DNA of 64,000 nucleotides from an uncultured Clostridia bacterium (GCA_944389425.1 CALXMH010000003.1:25722-89721); one strand, 5' to 3'. Positions 39,647 to 50,495 are shown, numbered from the stretch's first letter. Notes: a model not told the origin generated them from the letters alone. Translations and numbers: made by a program.

Positions 39647-39714
39647 TGTTTTATTTCATATATTATATTTTAAATGGGTACACATTAAGATAGATTTATA
39701 TTTTGAGAAAAGTG

Positions 39715-39743
39715 TAGACAAAGGGAAAGTTTTTGTATATAAT
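39715..39743 (+). promoter_or_regulatory. Strong sigma-A-type promoter
   Basis: TAGACA, 17-nt spacer, TATAAT. Confidence 0.55.
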
Positions 39744-39783
39744 GTTTACATTAGATAGAACAAAAGAAGGAGAGCATAAGAAT

Positions 39784-39837
39784 ATGAACAAAAACGCTAA
39801 AACCCGCATAGGAGTACACACACACACACACAGGTAG
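39784..39837 (+). CDS. 17-codon small ORF (MNKNAKTRIGVHTHTHR) containing the (CA)8 tract
   Basis: RBS aaggagag is 8 nt upstream. Sits between the promoter at 39715-39743 and the terminator at 39887-39921. There is no evidence that it is translated. Confidence 0.3.
   Translation: MNKNAKTRIGVHTHTHR
39816..39832. repeat. (AC)8 dinucleotide microsatellite
   Basis: acacacacacacacaca, read directly. Confidence 0.95.
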
Positions 39838-39886
39838 TTTGTTAGAGAAATTAAATAGGAGAAATATATAGATTGTAAGACATATG

Positions 39887-39921
39887 AACTTAGCTGGGGA
39901 GCTAGGTTTATGTGTTTTTTT
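39887..39921 (+). terminator. Rho-independent terminator after the small ORF
   Basis: aacttagct-gggg-agctaggtt, then tatgtgttttttt. Confidence 0.6.
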
Positions 39922-39959
39922 GTTTTGCTTAGCGTGTGAATGAGTGAGTGGCTTTGGTT

Positions 39960-40155
39960 GTAGCCGCCGAGAAAGGTCGTGGATAAAAATTTATTACGTT
40001 CCTCGGCACACCTGCGCGCTCTACAAACTCTAATAGAACATCAAACGAGCCTCTCGAAAGAACGCATCCTCATTTAATGTTAATAAGAGTTTGTACGACC
40101 ACTCCGGCTACATTCGTCGCTCCATAAATTTTTATCCACGACCTTTCTCGGCTAC
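39960..40155. repeat. GC-rich ~196-bp palindromic element (32-35-nt terminal inverted repeats plus an inner inverted repeat)
   Basis: Left arm gtagccgCCGagaaaggtcgtggataaaaatttat (39960-39994). The right arm (40124-40155) is its reverse complement minus the 3 extra nt. Inner pair tacaaactct / agagtttgta. Confidence 0.85.
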
Positions 40156-40287
40156 TCTATAAAATAAAATTATTCACTATTTATTATTCATTAAATTTCA
40201 TAAATAGCCGTATAAGGTTAGTAGTTTTTGAAGATAATATGATAAGATAGTAAAAATAGAAAACAAAAGAAATGAGGTATGAAGATA

Positions 40288-41606
40288 ATGACAGAAAAGA
40301 AATTAAAAACAAAATTTATAACGAGAGTAAAAGAAAAACATCGGAATAACATTAATAGCATTAATAATAACAATAATAGTGCTATTAATACTAGCAGGAG
40401 TAGCACTAACCACTTTAACAGGGCAAGGTAATATAATAGGAAATGCTGAAAATGCAGTAGGAAAGTATAATAATAGCGTAGAAAGTGAACAACAACTATT
40501 AAATGAAATAGAAAAATACTTTCAAAACTACTTAGAAGGAGGAAATGGAGCTATTCCGCCAGAACCAATAGATATACCAGAGGTAGACGAAAACGGATTA
40601 GCTATAGAAAATACAACAATAACAACAGATGAAGAAAATGTACAAATAGTAATACCAAAAGGATTTGCACCAGCGATATTAAATGGAAGCAACTCAACAT
40701 ACAGTTTACCAGGACAAGATGGAAGTGTAAAAGAAATAATGCCGGCTGACCAGTGGCATAGTATAACAGCCGAACAAATAAACCAAGGAATAGTAATAGT
40801 AGACAATGCCATAACATATGATAATGGTCAAATTACTGGAGCAGTACCAGATTTTAATGAATACGTATGGGTATCTATACCAAATTTAGAAAACGATTTT
40901 AAAAGAATTTCATGGAATGGACCATATTATGATGCGAGTTATCATTCAGCCGGAACACATCCATTATCAATAACATCTGAAACAAATAAATATTGGGATG
41001 ATAGTGATCAACAGGAATATAAAAATATGATAACAAGTATACAATACTATAAGGGATTCTATATTGGAAGATACGAAGCCAGTAAGAGAAATGAAAACAG
41101 TATTGCACAAACTAAGCGTAATATTTTGCCATGGACAAGTCTTAATTATCAAACAGCAAAAGGAGCATGTGAAAGTGAAGAAATTAATATAACAAAACAT
41201 CTAATGTATGGAATAGAATGGGATAGTGTATTAAACTGGCTAATAGGGAAAGCAGAAATATTATCATCTGATGCTGCAGAGACAAAAACAATGGAAATAG
41301 CAGACATAGAAATTAACAGTAACAATTGGGGTAATTACAATGCTGAAACTAGCGTACAAAAGACAGGAACAAGTGAATACTGGAAAGCAAATAACATATA
41401 TGATGTAGCAGGAAATGCATGGGAATGGAATCAAGAAAAGTATTCAACTGGAAATATTAGAGCAAATAGAGGAGGTAATTATAATATGTATGGAGATTAT
41501 TTCCCCGCTGCTGGTCGTAGCTTTTACGGTGAAGATTATACGTATTATAGTGTACGGATTTAGAATTAGCTTTTTTATTACCCTGAAAGAAAATAGTAAT
41601 GTATAA
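40288..41606 (+). CDS. Pilin-type N-terminal signal/anchor + FGE-sulfatase (SUMF1-like) domain protein; frame broken at CGG 40342-40344 and 41555-41557
   Basis: MTEKKLKTKFITRVKEKH|GITLIALIITIIVLLILAGVALTT.... Downstream YIGRYEAS...LMYGIEWDSVLNW...NIYDVAGNAWEWNQE...RGGNY...YSV|GFRISFFITLKENSNV. Confidence 0.7.
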
Positions 41607-41642
41607 AATGTAGATAGCTATACACCTTTCAGACTAGCAACA

Positions 41643-41694
41643 AATAGCGAATAATAAATTGGCACAAGGTAGAGCCAATTTATTATTCGCTATT
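41643..41694. repeat. Perfect 21-bp-stem hairpin (terminator-like, no U-tract)
   Basis: aatagcgaataataaattggc-N10-gccaatttattattcgctatt. Confidence 0.8.
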
Positions 41695-41804
41695 GACTAA
41701 ATCTCCACATTATCATATAATCTAAATTACGATATAAAGCCAAGAGGTGGTAGTGATATATGGGAGCAAATGTAGTAAGTAGTGTTAGTAATAGGAGGAG
41801 AATT

Positions 41805-42158
41805 ATGCAGTATGTTTTGATTGGTGTTTATTTATGTTTAACAGTGGCAGGGCTTGTTTTTATGAAGCTTGGGGGAAATCCTGGGTCTTTGGAGGTTAAG
41901 GATGGTACTGTTACTTTGGGAATGAGTATTATTAGTGGAATTGGATTTATTTGTTATTTATGTAGCTTTTTACTTTTTACAAGAGTTGTTATTATGTTTG
42001 ATTTAAGCTATATTTATCCAATTGTTACAGGTATTGTGCAAATTTTAACATTAGTTGCCTCTGCACTTGTATTTAAAGAGAATATGTCTGCACAATCTAT
42101 TATTGGTGCTATTATAATTATTGTTGGTATTATTATTATGAATTTTAAGAAAGCATAA
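41805..42158 (+). CDS. Small 4-TM membrane protein (SMR/EamA-like)
   Basis: RBS aggagg. 117 aa with four hydrophobic helices. Confidence 0.4.
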   Translation: MQYVLIGVYLCLTVAGLVFMKLGGNPGSLEVKDGTVTLGMSIISGIGFICYLCSFLLFTRVVIMFDLSYIYPIVTGIVQILTLVASALVFKENMSAQSIIGAIIIIVGIIIMNFKKA

Positions 42159-42226
42159 ACTATTTACATTTTATGTAGACTGTTGTATAATATTAGGAGA
42201 TGGACTAATTAGGGGGATATTATTGT

Positions 42227-42709
42227 ATGAATAGAATGAAAACTTTCTTAAAATATTTAATACTTTTTATAGCATTTTATATTTTAACAGATGTGTTAAT
42301 AAGTTTAGCATTAACAAATAATTATAGAGAAATTTCATGTACTAAAAATGAAACAGGAAGCTATGTAACACAGGTAAATGCTGCAAAAGCTACGAATATG
42401 AGTGGATATGTAGAAGGAACAATTAAGCTAGATGAGGCTGCACAAAGTCCTGAACAATATTTACAGTTTGATTTTTATAGTAAATATGGTCATTGCTTAG
42501 GAAGAAAATATATAGATTTAAGTACAGTTAAAGCTGGACAAACAAAAGATTTTAAAGTTAGTTTTGAACTTAGCAATATTGCTACATATGAAATATCAAC
42601 TACAAATGAAGTTGAAGCTTTATCAGATGTACAGCTTGATATGGTAAGCAAAGGCTATTTAGCAATTGGAATTGTTGGAGCATTAATTGTTTTATATTAT
42701 GTGTTATAA
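42227..42709 (+). CDS. Membrane-anchored FxLYD-domain-like protein
   Basis: N- and C-terminal TM segments. LQFDFYSKYGHCLG resembles the FxLYD motif. Confidence 0.4.
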   Translation: MNRMKTFLKYLILFIAFYILTDVLISLALTNNYREISCTKNETGSYVTQVNAAKATNMSGYVEGTIKLDEAAQSPEQYLQFDFYSKYGHCLGRKYIDLSTVKAGQTKDFKVSFELSNIATYEISTTNEVEALSDVQLDMVSKGYLAIGIVGALIVLYYVL

Positions 42710-42731
42710 TTTAAGTAAAAATTAATAATTT

Positions 42732-42775
42732 AAAGAGACATATAAATATTGGATTTATATGTCTTTATTATTTTC
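42732..42775 (+). terminator. Rho-independent terminator
   Basis: aaagagacatataaat...atttatatgtcttt. Confidence 0.65.
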
Positions 42776-42796
42776 ACATAAAAGCCATAAAAAATA

Positions 42797-42825
42797 TTGA
42801 AAATTTTAAAAAAGTGTAATATAAT
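42797..42825 (+). promoter_or_regulatory. Sigma-A-type promoter of mreB
   Basis: TTGAAA, 17-nt spacer, TATAAT. Confidence 0.5.
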
Positions 42826-42847
42826 TGTAACAAATTTGTAACAATAA
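42826..42847 (+). repeat. Two tandem 11-nt TGTAACAA-type repeats immediately after the mreB -10 box
   Basis: tgtaacaaatt tgtaacaataa. Confidence 0.8.
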
Positions 42848-42875
42848 TGAGAGAATACAAAAAGGAGTAGATATA

Positions 42876-43877
42876 ATGTTTCGTTTTGGTCAAGATATTG
42901 GAATTGATTTAGGTACTGCTACTGTTATTGCATATGTGAAAGGTAAGGGGATTGTTTTAAGAGAACCTTCTGTTGTAGCTGTTAATAGCAATACTGGTGA
43001 AGTTTTAGCAGTTGGAGAAGAAGCAAGGAGAATGCTTGGTAGAACTCCTGGTTCTATTGTTGCTACAAGACCATTAAGAGATGGTGTTATTTCTAATTAT
43101 ACTGTTACAGAGAAAATGCTTAAAAATTTTATTAATAAAATATGTGGAAAGTTTATTTTTTCTCCTAGAATTATGATATGTATTCCTTCACAAGTTACAG
43201 AGGTTGAGAAAAAAGCTGTTATAGATGCAGCTTCACAAGCAGGAGCAAGAAAAGTATATTTAATAGAAGAACCTATTGCAGCTGCTATTGGTGCTGGTAT
43301 TGATATATCTAAGCCTTGTGGAAATATGATTGTAGATATTGGAGGAGGAACAACAGATATTGCAGTTATTTCACTTGGTGGATCTGTTGTTAGTACTTCT
43401 TTAAAAGTTGCAGGAGATAAATTTGATGAATATATTATTAAGTATATTAAGAAAAAACATAATATTATAATTGGAGAAAGAACAGCAGAAGAATTAAAAA
43501 TGAACATAGGCTGTGTTTACCCAAGAATTCAAGATGTTGAAATGGATGTACGAGGAAGAGATTTAAGAGATGGACTTCCAAAAACGATTACTGTTCGTTC
43601 AAGTGAAATGATGGAAGCTTTAGAAGAACCTGGAAGACTAATTGTAGATGCTGTTCATTCTGTACTTGAAAAAACACCGCCAGAGCTTGCCGCAGATATT
43701 AGCGATAAAGGAATTTACATGACAGGTGGAGGAAGTCTTTTAAATGGACTAGACCAATTATTAAAAGAAAAAATAGGAATTAATGTAATGATTGCACAAG
43801 ATGCTATATCATGTGTAGCATTGGGAACGGGCAAAGCACTAGACAATTTAGATGTATTAGATGGAAGAAAAAAATAA
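42876..43877 (+). CDS. mreB: Rod-shape-determining actin homolog MreB
   Basis: GIDLGTATVIAYVKGKGIVLREPSVVA...DIGGGTTDIAVISLGG. Confidence 0.92.
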   Translation: MFRFGQDIGIDLGTATVIAYVKGKGIVLREPSVVAVNSNTGEVLAVGEEARRMLGRTPGSIVATRPLRDGVISNYTVTEKMLKNFINKICGKFIFSPRIMICIPSQVTEVEKKAVIDAASQAGARKVYLIEEPIAAAIGAGIDISKPCGNMIVDIGGGTTDIAVISLGGSVVSTSLKVAGDKFDEYIIKYIKKKHNIIIGERTAEELKMNIGCVYPRIQDVEMDVRGRDLRDGLPKTITVRSSEMMEALEEPGRLIVDAVHSVLEKTPPELAADISDKGIYMTGGGSLLNGLDQLLKEKIGINVMIAQDAISCVALGTGKALDNLDVLDGRKK

Positions 43878-43882
43878 TTTTT

Positions 43883-43910
43883 AAGCAACACATTTTTTAA
43901 TGTGTTGTTT
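43883..43910 (+). terminator. Rho-independent terminator
   Basis: aagcaacacat...atgtgttgttt. Confidence 0.6.
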
Positions 43911-43931
43911 ATATATGAAAGGCAGAAAAAT

Positions 43932-45246
43932 ATGGAAAATTTAAATAAAAAAACAGTAGCTTTCTATACTTTGCGGTTGTAAAGTCAACCAGTACGAAAC
44001 AAATGCAATGCTTCAAAAATTTGTAGAAGCAGGGTATGAAGCAATAGATTTTGAAGAAAAAGCAGACATTTATATAATAAATACATGTACAGTAACAAAT
44101 ATGTCAGACAAAAAATCTAGACAAATGATAAGAAGAGCAAAACATTTAAATAATAATGCTATTATAGTTGCAGTTGGATGCTATGCACAAATAGCAAAAA
44201 ATGAAATTGAAAAAGATATTCCAGAAATAGATTTAGTTTTAGGAACTAACGAAAAAAATAATATTGTGAAATATATAGAAGAATATATTAATAATAATAA
44301 AAATGTAGAAAATATTTCAGATGTAATGCATCAAAAAGAATTTTTAGATTTTGGAAAAGTTACATATACAGAAAAAACAAGAGCAGTTGTAAAAGTTCAA
44401 GATGGATGTGACAGGTTTTGCTCATACTGTATAATTCCATATGCAAGAGGAAGAGTAAGAAGTAGAAAAATAGGAAATATAATTGAAGAAATTAAAAGTA
44501 TTGTAGAAGAAGGAATAAAAGAAGTTGTAATAACAGGAATTCATGTGGCATCATATGGAAAAGATTTTAAAGATGGAACAAGTCTTATTGACTTGCTAGA
44601 AGAAATTAATAAAATAGATAATTTAAAAAGAATAAGATTAAGCTCAATTGAACCTACAATAATTACAGAGGAATTTTTAGCTAGATTAACTAAACTAGAT
44701 AAAATATGTAATCATTTTCACCTATCACTTCAAAGTGGCTGTGATGAAACTCTAAAAAGAATGAATAGAAGATATAATACAGAAGAATTTGAAAACTGCA
44801 TAAAATTGCTAAGAAAAGCATATAAAGATGTTGCACTAACAACAGATATAATTGTTGGATTTCCTGGTGAAACAGATGAGGAGTTTAATAAAACATATAA
44901 TTTTTTAAATAAAATAAAGTTTTATCAAATGCATGTGTTTAAATATTCACCTAGAAAAGGAACTAAGGCAGCAGAAATGAAAAATCAAATTTCACCTGAA
45001 TTAAAAGAGGAAAGAAGCAAAGCATTAATAGATTTATCACATAAAAATGAAAAAGAGTACAAGGAAAAATTTTTAGGAAGAACTGTGCAAGTGCTTTTTG
45101 AGCAAAAAGAAGGAGAATACTTAATAGGACATACAACTAATTATTTAAAAGTAGCAGTAGATTTTAATAAATCACTTGAAAATACTATACAAAATGTAGA
45201 AATTGTTAATTTAGAAAAAGAATTTTTAGTAGGTAAAGTATTATAA
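43932..45246 (+). CDS. mtaB: MiaB-family radical-SAM tRNA methylthiotransferase (MtaB-like); frame broken at CGG 43974-43976
   Basis: MENLNKKTVAFYTL|GCKVNQYETNAM... joins ORF 44008-45246. CDRFCSYC radical-SAM motif and TRAM-like C-terminus. Confidence 0.85.
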
Positions 45247-45367
45247 AATAAAATTAAATGAATAAATTTCCTAAAAGTACATATACTACATACAGGAAGC
45301 GGAAAAGAAGAAAAGATTTTCACAAATTATGGAAAAAAGAATATAAATTGTGGAAATCTTTTCTGAA

Positions 45368-45422
45368 TATAACAAAAATATTGAATAAATATGACAAAAA
45401 TGTAACAAAAATGTAACAAAAA
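45368..45422 (+). repeat. Cluster of T(G/A)TAACAAAAA-type repeats (two perfect tandem 11-mers at 45401-45422)
   Basis: tataacaaaaa ... tgacaaaaa tgtaacaaaaa tgtaacaaaaa. Confidence 0.8.
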
Positions 45423-45520
45423 TATCATAATATAATTTGCCAAAAACTATTGCCAAATTATAACATATGTAGTATAAATATTAGTAAATAATAACAAAAA
45501 ATACTGAGGAGGAAAAATAA

Positions 45521-45736
45521 ATGGAGGAATTTAAATTACCAGAACAAGAAAATGTTGGAGGAGCAATTGCACAAGTTAGTGTTTGGTCTAAAATTAAATC
45601 ATTCTTATTCCAAGAAATAAGAGTTGAATTAACACCAGGACAACAAAGATTTGAAAATAGAATGAATGAAGTACTAAACCAAGATGTAACATTTAAATCA
45701 TTCCGTGATTTCTTATTTCAAGAAATAAAATTTTAG
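45521..45736 (+). CDS. 71-aa hypothetical protein with internal FLFQEI repeat
   Basis: Strong RBS gaggagg. SFLFQEIRV and DFLFQEIKF. Confidence 0.5.
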   Translation: MEEFKLPEQENVGGAIAQVSVWSKIKSFLFQEIRVELTPGQQRFENRMNEVLNQDVTFKSFRDFLFQEIKF

Positions 45737-45828
45737 TGTTAGCAAATAGTAGTAATTTGCAGTATACAAATATTTTCGCTCACAATTTATTGCAAGTTTA
45801 TTTGCTATGAATTGTAACTTAATATTGA

Positions 45829-46929
<1,101 letters not shown>

Positions 46930-46947
46930 AAATAAATTTTAAATTTG

Positions 46948-46985
46948 GACGTAATAGGTAAAAATATATATACCAAATTACGTCC
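46948..46985 (+). other. Intercistronic hairpin between gap and pgk
   Basis: ggacgtaat-N20-attacgtcc. Sequence-related to the hairpin at 34421-34475. Confidence 0.6.
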
Positions 46986-47004
46986 TTAAATTTTAGGAGG
47001 AATC

Positions 47005-48183
47005 ATGAATAAAAAAACAATAGAAGATATAGATATAAAAAATAAAAAAGTTCTTGTAAGATGTGACTTTAATGTTCCACAAGATGAAGCAGGCAAAATA
47101 ACAGATAATAGGAGAATTGTAGCTGCTCTTCCTACTATTAAATATTTAATAGAAAACGGAGCAAAAGTTATACTTTGCTCACATCTAGGAAGACCTAAGG
47201 GAGAATTTAAAGAAAAATATTCTTTAAAACCAGTAGCAGAAGAGTTATCTAGATTACTTGGAAAAGAAGTAAAGCTTGCAAAGGATGTAATAGGAGAAGA
47301 TGCTAAAAATTTAGCTGCTGCACTACAAAATGGAGATGTAATGTTACTTGAAAATGTAAGATTTCACAAAGAGGAAGAAGAAAATGACCCAGAATTTGCA
47401 AAACAATTAGCAAGTTTGGCAGAAGTATATGTAAACGATGCTTTTGGAACAGCACATAGAGCACACGCCTCAACAGCAGGTGTTGCAGACTATTTGCCAG
47501 CAGTATCTGGATTTTTAATAAAAAAAGAATTAGATTTTATGGGAAAAGCATTAGAAAATCCAGAAAGACCTTTTGTAGCAATTTTAGGTGGGGCAAAAGT
47601 TTCAGATAAAATTGGTGTAATAGAAAATTTATTAGAAAAAGTAGATACATTAATAATAGGTGGAGCTATGGCATATACTTTTCTAAAATCACAAGGAGTG
47701 AAAATTGGAAATTCACTATGTGAAGAAGAAAAAATAGATTTAGCCAAAAGTTTAGTAGAAAAAGCAAAATCCCAAAATGTAAAATTAATGTTACCAGTAG
47801 ATAATGTTTCTGCAACATCAACAGATGAAAATGCTGAAATAAGAGTAGGTGAAGGCGTAGACGATGGATTTGCAGGATTTGATATTGGACCAAAAACAAT
47901 AGAAGCATATGAAAAAGAACTAGAAAAAGCAAAAACAGTAATTTGGAATGGACCACTTGGAATGTTTGAAATAGAAAGATTTGCAAAAGGAACAAACAGT
48001 ATTGCTGAAAAACTTGCTGAAATTGATGCAATAACAATAATAGGAGGAGGAGATTCAGCAGCAGCAATAGAAAAAGCAGGATTATCAAGCAAAATGTCAC
48101 ATGTATCAACAGGAGGAGGAGCATCGCTTGAATTCTTAGAAGGAAAGAAATTGCCAGGAATAGAATGCTTAGAAAATAAATAA
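47005..48183 (+). CDS. pgk: Phosphoglycerate kinase
   Basis: [35 protein letters not shown]. Confidence 0.95.
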   Translation: MNKKTIEDIDIKNKKVLVRCDFNVPQDEAGKITDNRRIVAALPTIKYLIENGAKVILCSHLGRPKGEFKEKYSLKPVAEELSRLLGKEVKLAKDVIGEDAKNLAAALQNGDVMLLENVRFHKEEEENDPEFAKQLASLAEVYVNDAFGTAHRAHASTAGVADYLPAVSGFLIKKELDFMGKALENPERPFVAILGGAKVSDKIGVIENLLEKVDTLIIGGAMAYTFLKSQGVKIGNSLCEEEKIDLAKSLVEKAKSQNVKLMLPVDNVSATSTDENAEIRVGEGVDDGFAGFDIGPKTIEAYEKELEKAKTVIWNGPLGMFEIERFAKGTNSIAEKLAEIDAITIIGGGDSAAAIEKAGLSSKMSHVSTGGGASLEFLEGKKLPGIECLENK

Positions 48184-48197
48184 TAGGAGAAATGAAA

Positions 48198-48950
48198 ATG
48201 AGAAAAAAAGTAATTGCAGGAAATTGGAAAATGAATAAATTGCCTAATGAAGCAATAGCATTTATAGAAGAACTTGTGCCACTTGTAAAGAATACAAAAA
48301 ATGAAGTCGTATTATGTGTGCCTTATACAGATTTGTTTTATAGTTTATTAGTAGCACAAAATACTAATATAAAAATAGGTGCACAAAATATGCACTGGGA
48401 AGAAAAAGGAGCATACACAGGAGAGGTCTCAGCAGAAATGCTAAAATCAATAGGTGTAGAATATGTTATAATAGGTCATTCTGAAAGAAGACAATACTTT
48501 GCAGAAACTGATGAAACAGTAAATAAAAAGCTAAAAAAAGCTTTAAAAGTAGGCTTAAAACCAATTGTATGTGTTGGTGAAACATTGGAACAACGAGAAA
48601 GTGGAAAAACAATAGAAATTATTACTAAGCAAACAAAATTAGCCTTAGAAGGATTAAGCAACGAAGAAGTAGAAAAAACAATAATTGCATATGAACCAAT
48701 TTGGGCTATTGGAACAGGAAAAACAGCAACAGCAGATGACGCAAATAGTGCAATACACGAAATTAGAAATGAAATTTCAAAAATATATGGACAAAATGTA
48801 GCAAATGGGGTTATAATTCAATATGGTGGAAGTGTGAAATCAGCTAATGCAAAAGAATTATTTAGCATGCCAGATATAGATGGTGGATTAGTTGGAGGAG
48901 CAAGTTTAGATGCCACAGAATTTAGTAACATAGTAAATTATGAAAAATAG
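48198..48950 (+). CDS. tpiA: Triosephosphate isomerase
   Basis: [29 protein letters not shown] 48198 has better RBS spacing than 48192. Confidence 0.93.
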   Translation: MRKKVIAGNWKMNKLPNEAIAFIEELVPLVKNTKNEVVLCVPYTDLFYSLLVAQNTNIKIGAQNMHWEEKGAYTGEVSAEMLKSIGVEYVIIGHSERRQYFAETDETVNKKLKKALKVGLKPIVCVGETLEQRESGKTIEIITKQTKLALEGLSNEEVEKTIIAYEPIWAIGTGKTATADDANSAIHEIRNEISKIYGQNVANGVIIQYGGSVKSANAKELFSMPDIDGGLVGGASLDATEFSNIVNYEK

Positions 48951-48962
48951 AAAGGGCACTTT

Positions 48963-50495
48963 ATGGAAAAAAAATTAACAATGTTAATGATTCTAGATGG
49001 ATTTGGAATAAATGAAAACGAAAAAGCAAATGCAGTAAAAATGGCAAAAATGCCAAATTGGGATAAAATAATAAAACAAAACCCTAATACAATAATAAAA
49101 ACAAGTGGTCTAGATGTAGGACTGCCAGATGGACAAATGGGAAATTCAGAAGTAGGCCATACAAATATAGGAGCAGGAAGACTTATATATCAAGACTTTA
49201 CTAGAATTACAAAATCAATAGAAGAAGGAGATTTCTTTACTGTACCAGAACTTACAGCAGCAATAGAAAATTGTAAAAAAAATAATTCTAAACTTCATAT
49301 AATAGGATTATTATCAGATGGTGGAGTACACAGCCATACAAGACATTTATATGCATTACTCGAACTTGCAAAAAGAAAAGACTTTGAAGACGTATATGTA
49401 CACTGCTTTTTAGACGGCAGAGATACACCACCAGCATCAGCAGAGAGTTATTTAATAGATTTAGAAAAAACAATGCAAGAAAAAGGTGTAGGAAAAATTG
49501 CAAGTATATGTGGAAGATTCTATGCAATGGATAGAGATAAGCGTTGGGAAAGAATTGAAGTAGCATACAGAGCAATTGTAAATGGACAAGGAGAAAGAAG
49601 CAATTCAGCAGTAAAAGCAATAGAAGATTCATACCAAAAAGAAATATTTGATGAATTTGTTAAACCAATATTAATAAGAAATGGTGAAAATGAAGTGACA
49701 ACAATATCTAAAAATGATTCAGTAGTATTTTTTAATTTTAGACCAGATAGAGCAAGAGAAATAACAAGAACACTAGTAGACCCTAATTTTAAAGAATTTG
49801 AAACTGAAAATTTAAACTTGTATTATGTATGTTTTACAGAATATGATGCAACAATGCCAAATGTACATATTGCATATAAACCGCAAGATATTAAAAATAC
49901 ATTTGGAGAGTATATAAGTAAAAAAGGATTAACACAACTTAGAATTGCAGAAACAGAAAAATATGCACATGTAACATTTTTCTTTAATGGAGGAAGAGAA
50001 AAGCCATATCTAAATGAAGATAGAATACTAATTCCTTCTCCAAAAGTTGAAACATATGATATGAAACCAGAAATGAGTGCAATAGAAGTTACTGAAAAAG
50101 TAATAGAGGCAATAAAATCTGGAAAATATGATTCAATTATTTTAAATTATGCAAATCCAGATATGGTTGGACATACTGGAAATTTAGATGCAACAATAAA
50201 AGCATTAGAAACATTAGATAAGTGCATAGGAGATGTAGTAAAAGAAGTTGAAAACCAAAATGGTTATTTAATTATAACAGCAGACCATGGAAATGCAGAA
50301 CAAATGATAGACTACAAAACAGGAGAACCACATACAGCTCATACAACAAACGATGTGCCACTTGTATTAATTGGAATGGAAGATGTTAAGCTAAAACAAG
50401 GAAGGCTATGTGATTTAGTACCAACAATGCTAGAACTAATGGGCTTAGATAAACCAAAGGAAATGACAGGGGTAAGCTTAATTGAAAAGGTGTGA
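48963..50495 (+). CDS. gpmI: 2,3-bisphosphoglycerate-independent phosphoglycerate mutase
   Basis: LMILDGFG, GNSEVGHTNIGAGR, ADHGNAE. Confidence 0.93.
   Translation: MEKKLTMLMILDGFGINENEKANAVKMAKMPNWDKIIKQNPNTIIKTSGLDVGLPDGQMGNSEVGHTNIGAGRLIYQDFTRITKSIEEGDFFTVPELTAAIENCKKNNSKLHIIGLLSDGGVHSHTRHLYALLELAKRKDFEDVYVHCFLDGRDTPPASAESYLIDLEKTMQEKGVGKIASICGRFYAMDRDKRWERIEVAYRAIVNGQGERSNSAVKAIEDSYQKEIFDEFVKPILIRNGENEVTTISKNDSVVFFNFRPDRAREITRTLVDPNFKEFETENLNLYYVCFTEYDATMPNVHIAYKPQDIKNTFGEYISKKGLTQLRIAETEKYAHVTFFFNGGREKPYLNEDRILIPSPKVETYDMKPEMSAIEVTEKVIEAIKSGKYDSIILNYANPDMVGHTGNLDATIKALETLDKCIGDVVKEVENQNGYLIITADHGNAEQMIDYKTGEPHTAHTTNDVPLVLIGMEDVKLKQGRLCDLVPTMLELMGLDKPKEMTGVSLIEKV

Noticed and set aside
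39960-40155. The palindrome arms contain TTATCCACG, an 8/9 match to the DnaA box TTATCCACA, in inverted copies. This raised the possibility of oriC or a DnaA-regulated site.
   Set aside because: There are only two boxes, no AT-rich unwinding element arrangement and no dnaA or dnaN nearby. The match is part of a longer perfect inverted repeat.
39955-40160. The palindrome as 6S RNA, SRP RNA or a c-di-GMP riboswitch upstream of a pilin-like gene.
   Set aside because: I could not find any of the conserved core sequences I remember for these families. The 32-bp perfect helix is not RNA-family-like. This remains open only through a covariance-model search.
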